The notes beneath the pieces are model-generated. The model did no database searches, had not been told where the DNA came from, and was given only the letters and a program-made list of their open reading frames with translations. A program made the position numbers and the translations under genes. A stretch of 24,186 nucleotides of DNA from a virus (taxonomy: Duplodnaviria > Caudoviricetes), in the IMG/VR virus record IMGVR_UViG_3300027774_000011, positions 1 through 24,186 of that record. The stretch is one strand, 5' to 3'. Shown here one piece after another: positions 1 through 8,010 of this stretch (positions are counted from its first letter, which is position 1; every line of letters begins with the position of its first letter).

Positions 1-86
1 TGTAACGCTTGAGCTTGGCACTCATCTGTTACATAGTGTAATGTTCTGCCGAAGGCTGTCTTAGGTTGAGTCTTGATGTTTGTCAT
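1..86 (-). CDS. 5' part of a hypothetical protein, probably the first early gene (runs off the window)
   Basis: ATG at 86 preceded by AAGGAG Shine-Dalgarno (95-100). The frame MTNIKTQPKTAFGRTLHYVTDECQAQAL is open to the window edge, and a sigma70-like promoter lies just upstream. Confidence 0.65.
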   Translation of the reverse strand, partial: MTNIKTQPKTAFGRTLHYVTDECQAQAL

Positions 87-115
87 GGTTGGATCTCCTT
101 TGCTCTTACATACTA

Positions 116-145
116 ATTATAGCAGTATTATCCTGAGTCTGTCAC
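116..145 (-). promoter_or_regulatory. Host sigma70-type promoter with extended -10 (early promoter)
   Basis: Minus strand reads GTGACA-18 nt-TATAAT with TG-n-TATAAT, about 30 nt upstream of an ATG with a strong RBS. Confidence 0.7.
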
Positions 146-354
146 GAGATTTGTCCGTTCCCACACGATTTATTCTGGACTCAAACTGGAACGCCAACAG
201 ATCGCGTCTCATGCACCACACGAGTCAAATGCGTCCATGTTGCGAATGATTGTGAACGGTGTACCGCACTTGACGAGTCTCACCCTGCGTCTTACGCGTG
301 TTACGTCCATGTTGCGGTGAGACTCATGCAACTCACGCGACTCAGTGAGACTCA
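135..354. repeat. Cluster of short direct and inverted repeats in the genome-end non-coding region
   Basis: CGTCCATGTTGCG at 232-244 and 304-316; GTGAGACTCA at 317-326 and 345-354, with inverted GAGTCTCAC at 275-283; CCACACGA at 161-168 and 216-223; CTCATGCA at 208-215 and 323-330. Confidence 0.7.
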
Positions 355-561
355 CATGCTATATTATACACACCCCCCTATGGGACATTTGCGACCGTGT
401 ACGTACGTATAACGACCTCACAAATTTTTACCATTTTTTATCAGCTATGAGCCGGTTGAGTGGTAGTTGGTGGTAGTAGATAAAGAATTATCACCTCATA
501 TGATAATAGGTACAGAGGACGAGTCCACCCTTCTCCTCCCCTGTATAAGTGCGTGATCGAC
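355..561. other. Probable genome end / terminal-repeat (concatemer junction) region
   Basis: Non-coding stretch between the last late gene (terL) and an early-type promoter. Contains a C-run near 373-378, the palindrome TACGTACGTA (400-409), T-tracts and two hairpins (487-507, 511-545). T7-like gene order puts the genome ends here. Confidence 0.5.
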
Positions 562-2310
562 TTAAACCCAGTTGTGACCGCTGGTATGGTCTTCTAAGCC
601 TCTAGCCTCTCTACGCTGCTCTATATCCATACCCAACACCATATGATTTGCAGATGCTTGAGGGTCATCTAGGAACTCTTCGAGCATTGTATTCCATTCT
701 TCTGCTTTTCTCAGGGCTATTTGCTTCTCTGCACTGATAGAAAGGGCATCTGTGAAGTATTTTACCCCTTGTGCAAGGCAATCTATCCTATCATCGTGTT
801 TTACTGCCCGTTTTTCACGGCACATACGGCTCATTTGGTAGAAGAGCATGTAAAGAAGCCGCTGTTCTGGGGCTTCAGTTGGATTACTGTTGTAGTCCCA
901 GTCAATAACGCCACGGTCGACGATAAGACGATGCTGGTTAAGCACAGGTTCAAGAGAATCAATAATCCTGTCCTCTTTTCTAACATTCGCTCGTACTTCT
1001 TCAATAAATATCGCCTGTTTTGTGTTCTGTAGATGTTTTTTAAATAGTTCACCAACAATTCCGTCTCCAAAGTTAGTCTCTACTACAAGTGAACTTACAT
1101 CATACTTCTCACACCCCTTGAGTATGTCTAGGAGTGTAGTGTCGCTGTATCCGTCTCTGTAAGCCCGCATTTCATGTAGATAGATGAACCCGTTTCGTTG
1201 TGATAGATAAGCAGCGGTCGTCTCGTCAGAGCCTCTACCGGAGGGATCGACAGAGCAAATGGTTTCTGTGTATCCACTCCACTCCCCACTAAGTTGCATC
1301 GGAGAGTAAAAGTAATCTCCGGGGAGTCCGACGCTTGGTGCGTCTTTGATAACGTTTGCTGGGTCTGAGCACCATACGACATTTTCGGGTGCAGAGTTAG
1401 GGTTAACGCTAGTAACAACGAGATCAGCCATCTTAAGTGGGAACTTCGCTGCATCGGATAGTGATGTATCAAGTTGAAATTGTAATAGGTAGTTTGATCT
1501 GCCCATTGAAGCCTCTCGCTCCAACAGGTCTTCGTCTGAGAATCTGTCATCTGTAGGAGTCCATTCTTCGGCTCCCTGTTCGATGTCCTCCTGTATCTCA
1601 AAGGCTAGCAGTCCTTCGTACTTGGACAGCTGCTTCTTTCTTGGGTATCTTGCAGGCCAGACCAAGGGCTTGTAGTTACGCTCAGCCAACCTACGGTAAA
1701 TAGTAAAAGTAGTCTGAGGAGTCCCGAGATACATAATACGGCTATCACTTTTTGGTGTGAGGATAGATTCAGCTTCCGTACATAGTTGTAAAAGTTTTTC
1801 ACGCATGAACTCCGTTAAGCTGTTACCGGGTACTTCGATATCGTCGAGAATCATTAAATCTGCTCTGCTTCCGGTTAGCTGTCCAGTGATGCCCACCGAC
1901 TTTACGCTTGGTGCTTGGTGGGGTGAGCAGTTCACATCGAAGCTTATCCGCGACCATCTTGCATCGTCGGACTTCGGTTGTAAATGAGAAAGCCATGGTG
2001 TGTCTATAATAAGTTTTTGTAGAAAGATGGACATGTTGTCTGCACGTTCTTTTGACGCAGAGATAATCATAACCTTTCTTTCTGGGTCATTGAATAGTGT
2101 CCATAGTACGAACGCACCAGTAATCCAGCTCTTACCTACACCACGAAACGCCTGCACTTGCAAACGCTTCGGGCCGTTCTGTAGGTAGTCTGCTATCGCA
2201 TACTGTGCCCTTGTAGGACTAGGCAAGTCTAGCTGTGCCCACAATGCCTGTAGAAACAGCTTAAAGTCTTGCTGTAGTAAAACTAGAGAATTTTTTTCGG
2301 TGTTACTCAT
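562..2310 (-). CDS. terL: Terminase large subunit (T7 gp19-like DNA maturase B)
   Basis: Walker A AFRGVGKS, Walker B LMILDDIE, motif YLGTPQ, nuclease-domain SVDPSGRGSDE and HDDRIDCLA. Confidence 0.97.
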   Translation of the reverse strand: MSNTEKNSLVLLQQDFKLFLQALWAQLDLPSPTRAQYAIADYLQNGPKRLQVQAFRGVGKSWITGAFVLWTLFNDPERKVMIISASKERADNMSIFLQKLIIDTPWLSHLQPKSDDARWSRISFDVNCSPHQAPSVKSVGITGQLTGSRADLMILDDIEVPGNSLTEFMREKLLQLCTEAESILTPKSDSRIMYLGTPQTTFTIYRRLAERNYKPLVWPARYPRKKQLSKYEGLLAFEIQEDIEQGAEEWTPTDDRFSDEDLLEREASMGRSNYLLQFQLDTSLSDAAKFPLKMADLVVTSVNPNSAPENVVWCSDPANVIKDAPSVGLPGDYFYSPMQLSGEWSGYTETICSVDPSGRGSDETTAAYLSQRNGFIYLHEMRAYRDGYSDTTLLDILKGCEKYDVSSLVVETNFGDGIVGELFKKHLQNTKQAIFIEEVRANVRKEDRIIDSLEPVLNQHRLIVDRGVIDWDYNSNPTEAPEQRLLYMLFYQMSRMCREKRAVKHDDRIDCLAQGVKYFTDALSISAEKQIALRKAEEWNTMLEEFLDDPQASANHMVLGMDIEQRREARGLEDHTSGHNWV

Positions 2311-4132
2311 CTAATCTTCCTTTAAGTTGTCCTTGTATATATTTTCTTTGCTGAGTTTTGCTAGGAAATGGGCCTACATTCTGATCTAATCCTCTATTTG
2401 TTATTTCACTTATATACTTTGGTTTAGGTAAGAATGGGTATTTTTCATATAGCTTTATAAGATCATCCTGTAATGCCTTATCTATAATTAATCTTCTTTG
2501 CTTATTACTCTTACGACTTAAATTAGGAGCGTCATTTACAATAATCTCAATACGTTTTCTAATAATATAGTCACGGAACTCATCTAAGCTTGTAAATCTT
2601 GCACCAGTATCTGGATTTATTTGCTGAAGAACATTACTTTGTAATAAAGACCTAGCATTGTTATTTTGAGGATAAAGAACATCTAAATAATTTCCTATTT
2701 TACCTATTAATTTATTGTCACCAGCTCTTCTGATTACCACGTCACCAAGCTGTGTGCGATTAAATATAAAAGATCGTTTATCAATATCTTCTACGGATAC
2801 AATAAGCCTATTTTCTAGCTTAGGGCTTAGCGTACCAATACCCGGTGCAGCTTCTGTACCATACAAGATATTTTCAGTTACATCTTTTAAGGCTTTGTAG
2901 CGATTATTAAAGTTTATACGAACGTTTTTACTAGCATTTCTATCACCTTTATTAAGTCCGGGTCGTGTAATTCCGTTTTGATCTATATAAGTATCACTCC
3001 AATACCAGTCCATATCAAATGAGTTTTGAGATCTTCGACTTAACTCGCTTGCAAGATAATCTTCATCCATAGATAAAACAGGCATCTGTTGCCTTAGTCT
3101 TTCTAGTCTGTTCTTCTTACTAGCCTTAGCTATCATATGTTCAATATAACCGGTTTGTAAGTTTTCACCTTCCTGTAGTTCTTTAAAAAGTTTAAGTTTA
3201 TCACCTTCTTTTAGTTCATCAAGAACTTGAACTTTAAAATCAGCTAAACTTTTATACCCTGACTTTTTAGATAAATTATCAATGTATCTATCCAGTGCAG
3301 ATGCCATTTCAAACTGTGTAAAACCACGTTTAGGTTTAAGAGTAACTGGATCTACAAATAAACTAGGAGCAGTTCGTTTGTTTCTCATAACTTTCTCTAC
3401 AACTCGTTTGAAGAAACCACCGTCTCCACCGAAGTCAGAAGATGTTGGTGGTGGTATGTTAACCGAACCACCCTGTTTTACTATACTGTCATCGGATATA
3501 GCAGCATTTACTAAATCAGTATATAAATTTGACTTGCCTCTATTCATCTTTTCAGCTAAGCCTTGAAAAAACTGAGTTTTACTTATACCTTTACCAGCAA
3601 AATCAAACCCAGTACCAAGAACACCGCCAGTAGCAAAGGCTGATACCTGATCTCCAAAGCCTAACACTTTATCATCATCAACTATAGATCGAATGTTCTG
3701 CTCGACTCCAGCTGTAGTAGCACCTCTAAGTGCAGATCTAGCTACACCCTTACCTGTAACAGCTCCGGGTATAAGACTAGCAGCTGATGTACCTACAAGC
3801 TCGCCTAAGCTAAACTTGTCACCACGCATTTTTTGAGCAATAGCGTTAATTATAGCAGACCCACCCACGTTTGCAATACCATAAAGACCTTTAGTTAAGA
3901 AACCTTCAGGTACACCAAGAAGCCAGCTAGTACCAGCATCTAAAGCTAAGTTAGCTCCTATTTCAAAAGCGGTTCCTCCTAGCTGTTGATCTAAACCGGG
4001 AATGTCTAACTGCCTTCCTTGCTCTTGTTTTTTACGTAGTTCTTCGTTAGCTTTTGTTTTTTCTTGGTACTCTTCGTTTATACGTTTATTGTACTCATCT
4101 ATATCTTTTTGAGTTAGTTCATCTTCGTTCAT
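2303..4132 (-). CDS. Hypothetical 609-aa protein: Gly/Ala-rich helical N-terminus, AT-rich basic C-terminus with a possible divergent HNH-like motif
   Basis: Long ORF with an ATGA overlap to the upstream HNH gene and an 8-nt overlap with terL. Function not recognised. Confidence 0.8.
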   Translation of the reverse strand: MNEDELTQKDIDEYNKRINEEYQEKTKANEELRKKQEQGRQLDIPGLDQQLGGTAFEIGANLALDAGTSWLLGVPEGFLTKGLYGIANVGGSAIINAIAQKMRGDKFSLGELVGTSAASLIPGAVTGKGVARSALRGATTAGVEQNIRSIVDDDKVLGFGDQVSAFATGGVLGTGFDFAGKGISKTQFFQGLAEKMNRGKSNLYTDLVNAAISDDSIVKQGGSVNIPPPTSSDFGGDGGFFKRVVEKVMRNKRTAPSLFVDPVTLKPKRGFTQFEMASALDRYIDNLSKKSGYKSLADFKVQVLDELKEGDKLKLFKELQEGENLQTGYIEHMIAKASKKNRLERLRQQMPVLSMDEDYLASELSRRSQNSFDMDWYWSDTYIDQNGITRPGLNKGDRNASKNVRINFNNRYKALKDVTENILYGTEAAPGIGTLSPKLENRLIVSVEDIDKRSFIFNRTQLGDVVIRRAGDNKLIGKIGNYLDVLYPQNNNARSLLQSNVLQQINPDTGARFTSLDEFRDYIIRKRIEIIVNDAPNLSRKSNKQRRLIIDKALQDDLIKLYEKYPFLPKPKYISEITNRGLDQNVGPFPSKTQQRKYIQGQLKGRLDE

Positions 4133-4455
4133 TGTATGTGTGCCTGTATAGTTTGCTCTCGGTCGGTGACACCGAATCGACCTCTCATCCAGTTGAGCCA
4201 GTCAAGGCTACCTTTCTCCTGATTGCACCGGGTACACGAGGGTACAACATTCCTCGTAATGCTTTGACCACCCTTGCTCTTAGGGCGTACGTGGTCGATA
4301 GTAAGGTTGTGTAGTTCATAAAATCCTCCGCAATAAACACATTGACAATTAAAATGCTCTTTTATAGCTCTTCTCCATAGTCTCTTTGACTCTGAACTTG
4401 TCATGGTTATTAAGTTGTGTAAGTAGTAATCAGGTGTTGGTAGTAATGGGGTCAT
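4129..4455 (-). CDS. HNH endonuclease
   Basis: CVYCG...LTIDHVRPKSKGG...NVVPSCTRCNQEKG, a canonical zinc-binding HNH signature. ATGA overlaps at both ends. Confidence 0.93.
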   Translation of the reverse strand: MTPLLPTPDYYLHNLITMTSSESKRLWRRAIKEHFNCQCVYCGGFYELHNLTIDHVRPKSKGGQSITRNVVPSCTRCNQEKGSLDWLNWMRGRFGVTDREQTIQAHIQ

Positions 4456-4694
4456 TTCTTACGGCTTTTTCGGTTAATAGACGGCTTTTGCTTTCTGCCC
4501 TTGGTTGTGCTACCCTTATAATGTGCGGCATCGAGGCCGTCACGGTTGCCATATGTACCAAGTTTCTTATTAAGTTTGTTCGCATTAACTCGTATTGCTA
4601 ACCCTTTGGGTGTTTTGTTGTATTTTGCCTGCTGCTTGCGACGTTTAGCCGCAGCTTTAGGGTTTTTCTTGTAATAACTAGAAGTTCTTGCCAT
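4452..4694 (-). CDS. Small basic protein, possibly a minimal HNH-like DNA-binding protein
   Basis: 80 aa, very Lys/Arg-rich, with DGLDAAH...SINR. Overlaps both neighbours. Confidence 0.75.
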   Translation of the reverse strand: MARTSSYYKKNPKAAAKRRKQQAKYNKTPKGLAIRVNANKLNKKLGTYGNRDGLDAAHYKGSTTKGRKQKPSINRKSRKK

Positions 4695-4941
4695 AGACTT
4701 TCCTCTTGACTAGCGATGGATCAACAGTTGGGATGATTTTGTTTAGCTTATCAAGGGGGCTGCCTTCGTAAGCAACACCCGTTATATCATTAGTCTTTAG
4801 CCAGTCAGCGGCTGCTTTTAAATCTTGTGTAGTAGCTTCACCGCTACGTATTCTGCGTAGAAAATCCTCTGTTACAAGGTAGTGTAGCTCGTTAAAACTG
4901 TCCTCGGTAGCCTTCTTAGGTATTACCCTTGGATTTGTCAT
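4678..4941 (-). CDS. terS: Terminase small subunit (T7 gp18-like DNA maturase A)
   Basis: 87 aa; FNELH..VT..FL.RI.SGEAT..DL.AA..WLK.NDIT pattern typical of gp18-like proteins; lies upstream of terL. Confidence 0.8.
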   Translation of the reverse strand: MTNPRVIPKKATEDSFNELHYLVTEDFLRRIRSGEATTQDLKAAADWLKTNDITGVAYEGSPLDKLNKIIPTVDPSLVKRKVYGKNF

Positions 4942-5096
4942 TCTATGTCTAGTCCTTTTTTAACTATAGCTAGTGCTTTATCGTCTAGGTCGTTATCTGT
5001 TTGCTCGACAAGCTTTTCTAATAAGTCTACGACGAAGCCTTTAAACTTGTCACTTTTTAAAAAAGCCAAAACGATTGGTTTTAGAATTGCTAGCAT
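4938..5096 (-). CDS. Small 52-aa protein with amphipathic N-terminal helix (holin-like candidate); not in the ORF track
   Basis: Translated by hand: MLAILKPIVLAFLKSDKFKGFVVDLLEKLVEQTDNDLDDKALAIVKKGLDIE*. Its TGA overlaps the terS ATG (ATGA 4941-4938). Confidence 0.8.
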   Translation of the reverse strand: MLAILKPIVLAFLKSDKFKGFVVDLLEKLVEQTDNDLDDKALAIVKKGLDIE

Positions 5097-5613
5097 TTTC
5101 TTTAGGTAGTAATGTTTGTATTGGTACTATATCTGAGCATATGTGATATACTCTTGTATTGGGCCGTACAGTAAAGCCCCTTTGTTGCAACTCTGCACAC
5201 TTCAATGCTCGTACAAGCTCGAAGTCTAGCTGCATTTTTTCTTCTTGACGTTTAGCTATGCGTCTACATTGTCTAAGACCTTCTCTGTCCAGTGGCACCA
5301 TAAAGTTAATCTGGAATCCCCAGTTCTCACTTATAACGTATCCATCTGGATCTACAGGTTGAGTATCATTGCCCATGTAGAACGGGCTAAAAGTCATGGT
5401 TGACCCATTGCATGCAATGTTTGGGCCGTAGTTTTGACGTGATGATGCACCGTTGTTTTGGAACTGTACAGCTTGGTTAGTCACGTTGCCTGTAGCTGCT
5501 GCCACAGGGTTGCTTACGTTATCATTTTCTGCGTAAGCTGGGCTGCCTATTGCGAGAAGACAGACAAGGAGTTTGTAGTGGAGTTTATGGTATAGGTTGT
5601 GTTTATATCCCAT
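5050..5613 (-). CDS. Predicted secreted protein (about 187 aa; real start probably near 5613, not 5895)
   Basis: Signal-peptide-like KLLVCLLAIGSPAYA/EN, an Asn/Gln-rich segment, a beta-hairpin-like region, then a Cys-containing helical C-terminus. The upstream part of the 281-aa ORF overlaps another gene. Confidence 0.75.
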   Translation of the reverse strand: MGYKHNLYHKLHYKLLVCLLAIGSPAYAENDNVSNPVAAATGNVTNQAVQFQNNGASSRQNYGPNIACNGSTMTFSPFYMGNDTQPVDPDGYVISENWGFQINFMVPLDREGLRQCRRIAKRQEEKMQLDFELVRALKCAELQQRGFTVRPNTRVYHICSDIVPIQTLLPKENASNSKTNRFGFFKK

Positions 5614-5903
5614 TGCTCTACTAAACCAGCTGGTCTGGTTGTTGTTTCTAAAGTCCAAGGCAGTGTGTTGTCTGTTACGGAAAATGTTGTACCAGTTGCG
5701 GATATATCTGCTGATGGAGTTACATTGGTTCCTGACCATGTGTTGACTTCCGCACCAAAGACTTGCTTCTGGGTTACTTCCGTTATAGTTTGGGTAGTTG
5801 TCGTTGTGCTGTTCATCGACCCTGTGGTAAACTGGGGCGTGACAGTATTCGCTCTCGCTACTGCGGGTGACAACAGGGCTAAGAGTAGAATCCATTTCTT
5901 CAT
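5547..5903 (-). CDS. Predicted secreted Thr-rich protein (118 aa)
   Basis: Classic signal peptide MKKWILLLALLSPAVARA/NT. The ATG at 5903 overlaps the stop of the upstream gene (ATGA). Confidence 0.8.
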   Translation of the reverse strand: MKKWILLLALLSPAVARANTVTPQFTTGSMNSTTTTTQTITEVTQKQVFGAEVNTWSGTNVTPSADISATGTTFSVTDNTLPWTLETTTRPAGLVEQWDINTTYTINSTTNSLSVFSQ

Positions 5904-6202
5904 ACTTTTGGTTCGTCTTGTTTTTTCATCATTGGACAAGAAGTTGGCTTATTACCGTTATTTTTACCTGTAGTAAGCCCAAATGTTGCCAGAGCTCCAG
6001 TAAAGATCGAAGCGACGAAAGTTATATCGCTATTGCCAGACTTCTTAACCATTGGTATTTCTACATAATTTAAAGTAATAATAAACCCAGACCAGACAAC
6101 TACAGTTAGCCGCACGATTGCAGCTAGTATAGCCATCTGTTCGTCATGGTCATCTATACCTTCTTTTATTTTTGTAAGGATACCTTTCTTTTTTTCTTCC
6201 AT
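5900..6202 (-). CDS. Two-transmembrane small protein (holin-like topology)
   Basis: Hydrophobic segments MAILAAIVRLTVVVWSGFIITL and ITFVASIFTGALATFGL, with charged termini. Confidence 0.75.
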   Translation of the reverse strand: MEEKKKGILTKIKEGIDDHDEQMAILAAIVRLTVVVWSGFIITLNYVEIPMVKKSGNSDITFVASIFTGALATFGLTTGKNNGNKPTSCPMMKKQDEPKV

Positions 6203-6531
6203 TTATCTATCTTGCCTTGTAAAAACTTCTGTACTCGTTTCTTGATTATATCAAAGAAAGGTTGGGCAAGGGTGGTTGTAGCCACAGCTGCCACCGCCGT
6301 CGTTACAGCTGTAACCATAACTTCTGGCGACGGTATCGGCATCTGTATATCTATAATAGGTATATCTAACTTTCTTGTTTGAGGTTGCACCTCGGCGGTT
6401 TTTGCTGGTTGTGTCCCCTCTGGATTGCGAAGATCGCTCGGAGGTACAACCAACGGGATGTAGGATGGAACATCTGCTGTAGGGAGAGGTATTGAGGGGG
6501 TTTGTATAGTAGGAAAGGTGGGTATTTCCAT
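6166..6531 (-). CDS. Pro-rich protein with one C-terminal hydrophobic helix and a basic tail
   Basis: Pro-rich N-terminus, VMVTAVTTAVAAVATTTLA, Lys-rich end. TAATG coupling with the upstream gene. Confidence 0.75.
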   Translation of the reverse strand: MEIPTFPTIQTPSIPLPTADVPSYIPLVVPPSDLRNPEGTQPAKTAEVQPQTRKLDIPIIDIQMPIPSPEVMVTAVTTAVAAVATTTLAQPFFDIIKKRVQKFLQGKIDKWKKKRKVSLQK

Positions 6532-6704
6532 TAATCAGCAGCTTCGGCTGTGTTCCCCTCTGCTACCCACAATAAGTAGGCTTGGTAATGCCTGTTAGCT
6601 TCATCAAATGGAACATTATAGATAACATTATCTATAGTTAAATTTACGTGAGTAACTTCGTTAGTAAGCACATCTTTTGCTAATTTTGCTTTTGTAATAA
6701 TCAT
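6531..6704 (-). CDS. Small 57-aa tail-fibre-associated (assembly/chaperone-like) protein; not in the ORF track
   Basis: Translated by hand: MIITKAKLAKDVLTNEVTHVNLTIDNVIYNVPFDEANRHYQAYLLWVAEGNTAEAAD*. The P.D..N..Y..YL.W...GN motif is common in small genes that follow phage fibre genes. Fills the intergenic gap exactly. Confidence 0.8.
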   Translation of the reverse strand: MIITKAKLAKDVLTNEVTHVNLTIDNVIYNVPFDEANRHYQAYLLWVAEGNTAEAAD

Positions 6705-6706
6705 AA

Positions 6707-7798
6707 TTATAACTCCGCATCTAAAGCAATAGTTCCATCAACAAAGCCATTACCATTGGTAAGAGCAAGTCCTTGAACAAGTACACGGTCAGTTAAAGGC
6801 GAAACAGTAGGAGTAAAATTTGTTCCACTACCGCCACTATAGTATCTACATTGACTAACTACTGAGCCTGCTCCATTTGCTCTCTGTCGGACAGGTAGTA
6901 AATAAGTTTGGTATATATAGGAACTGTTAACGCCATTAGCGTAATGTTTAGGAAGCGTTAATTGTAGATAATACCTCTGACATAAAGCAAGCTCCTGTCC
7001 GAATGACCTATGCTCAAAATCTGTTGCCACGCTGCCTACTTCTAATTGAACTCCTGTTATATAAAAATAGTTATCAGCACTAGAGAATAAATTTACAGTC
7101 TGTCCATTTGCCCAGCCTGAACTTGTGAAATTTGCCCATTGGTTAGTATTTGCGGATGAGCCTACATAATTACTTCCAGCAGCTAAAAAGAAGTATATAT
7201 AGATCCCTGCACCATTATCATCATTTATACCTCCTCCTCCTGTGTCTCCGACAAAAGTAATCGTTTTCTTTTCCCATGTAGCACTTTGATTGACTGTGTA
7301 AGTACTCGTAATTGATCTATTGGTATTATCTGGGTATTTATTTAAGTTAACAGCAAAATCACCTGTTTGATAAGACTTAACCCAAAAAGATAATGTTACA
7401 CTTCTAGCGTTAGAGGAATTATAGTTTAGAACTTGACAGTCCTGAGCTTCAAGAACGTAATTTATCCAAGCATATTCATTAGCGTCTAAAGTATTTTCCG
7501 CAGTAGTAATATCTATTTTATAAGACTTTGAAAAATCAGGAGGTGCATCTGTAGATTGAGATTGCGTCAGAGCTACTTGATCTGTATTATACCAATTCAT
7601 GTAAAATCTATCAAGAGTTTTACGGCCTCCTTGCGTAGATGACACGCCGCGTTGGGCCACTTGCATGGCTCCGTTGATTATTAAATTACGATTAGGTTTA
7701 TTAGTAATATTGGCAGTACACGTTCCATCGGTTGCTAACGTCACTGCATCGCTTGTTGCCAATACATTTCGTATGGCATTTACTTTTAATGTACTCAT
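6707..7798 (-). CDS. Accessory tail fibre / receptor-binding protein with carbohydrate-binding-like beta-sandwich
   Basis: NRNLIINGAMQVAQRG ... VTLSFWVKS ... GVQLEVGSVATDFEHR...ELALCQRYY motifs typical of marine phage fibre proteins. Confidence 0.8.
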   Translation of the reverse strand: MSTLKVNAIRNVLATSDAVTLATDGTCTANITNKPNRNLIINGAMQVAQRGVSSTQGGRKTLDRFYMNWYNTDQVALTQSQSTDAPPDFSKSYKIDITTAENTLDANEYAWINYVLEAQDCQVLNYNSSNARSVTLSFWVKSYQTGDFAVNLNKYPDNTNRSITSTYTVNQSATWEKKTITFVGDTGGGGINDDNGAGIYIYFFLAAGSNYVGSSANTNQWANFTSSGWANGQTVNLFSSADNYFYITGVQLEVGSVATDFEHRSFGQELALCQRYYLQLTLPKHYANGVNSSYIYQTYLLPVRQRANGAGSVVSQCRYYSGGSGTNFTPTVSPLTDRVLVQGLALTNGNGFVDGTIALDAEL

Positions 7799-8010
7799 GG
7801 TTTAGGGTATTTATCTTTTGTTTCCTTTATTTTTGCCTTCCAAGCATCAATGCCCGAATGGTAAATTAAATCCAACTGATCGACCACAGAGGGATATTCT
7901 GATTTTCGTTTTGATACATAACTATTATTGTCTGCATCCCACGCAGCTTGTGCTTCTGCAAGATTTGATCCGTGATCAGATTCTGAAGGTCTAGTTCTTA
8001 AATCTTTCAT
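7795..8010 (-). CDS. Small tail-fibre-associated (chaperone-like) protein
   Basis: C-terminal R..EYPS..DQLD.IYH.G...WK..I...K.KYPKP motif. Coupled by ATGA and TAATG overlaps. Confidence 0.75.
   Translation of the reverse strand: MKDLRTRPSESDHGSNLAEAQAAWDADNNSYVSKRKSEYPSVVDQLDLIYHSGIDAWKAKIKETKDKYPKP

Noticed and set aside
135-354. CRISPR or mini-array
   Set aside because: Repeats are 8-13 nt, irregularly spaced and of mixed orientation.
5547-5613. Overlapping gene pair as Rz/Rz1 spanins
   Set aside because: No lipobox cysteine and no N-terminal-TM coiled-coil i-spanin. Kept only as an unexplained envelope module.
5614-5895. N-terminal ~94 aa of the 281-aa ORF 5050..5895
   Set aside because: Lies wholly within the signal-peptide gene 5547..5903 in another frame. 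A signal peptide appears only after Met at 5613, so the extension is probably a shadow open frame.
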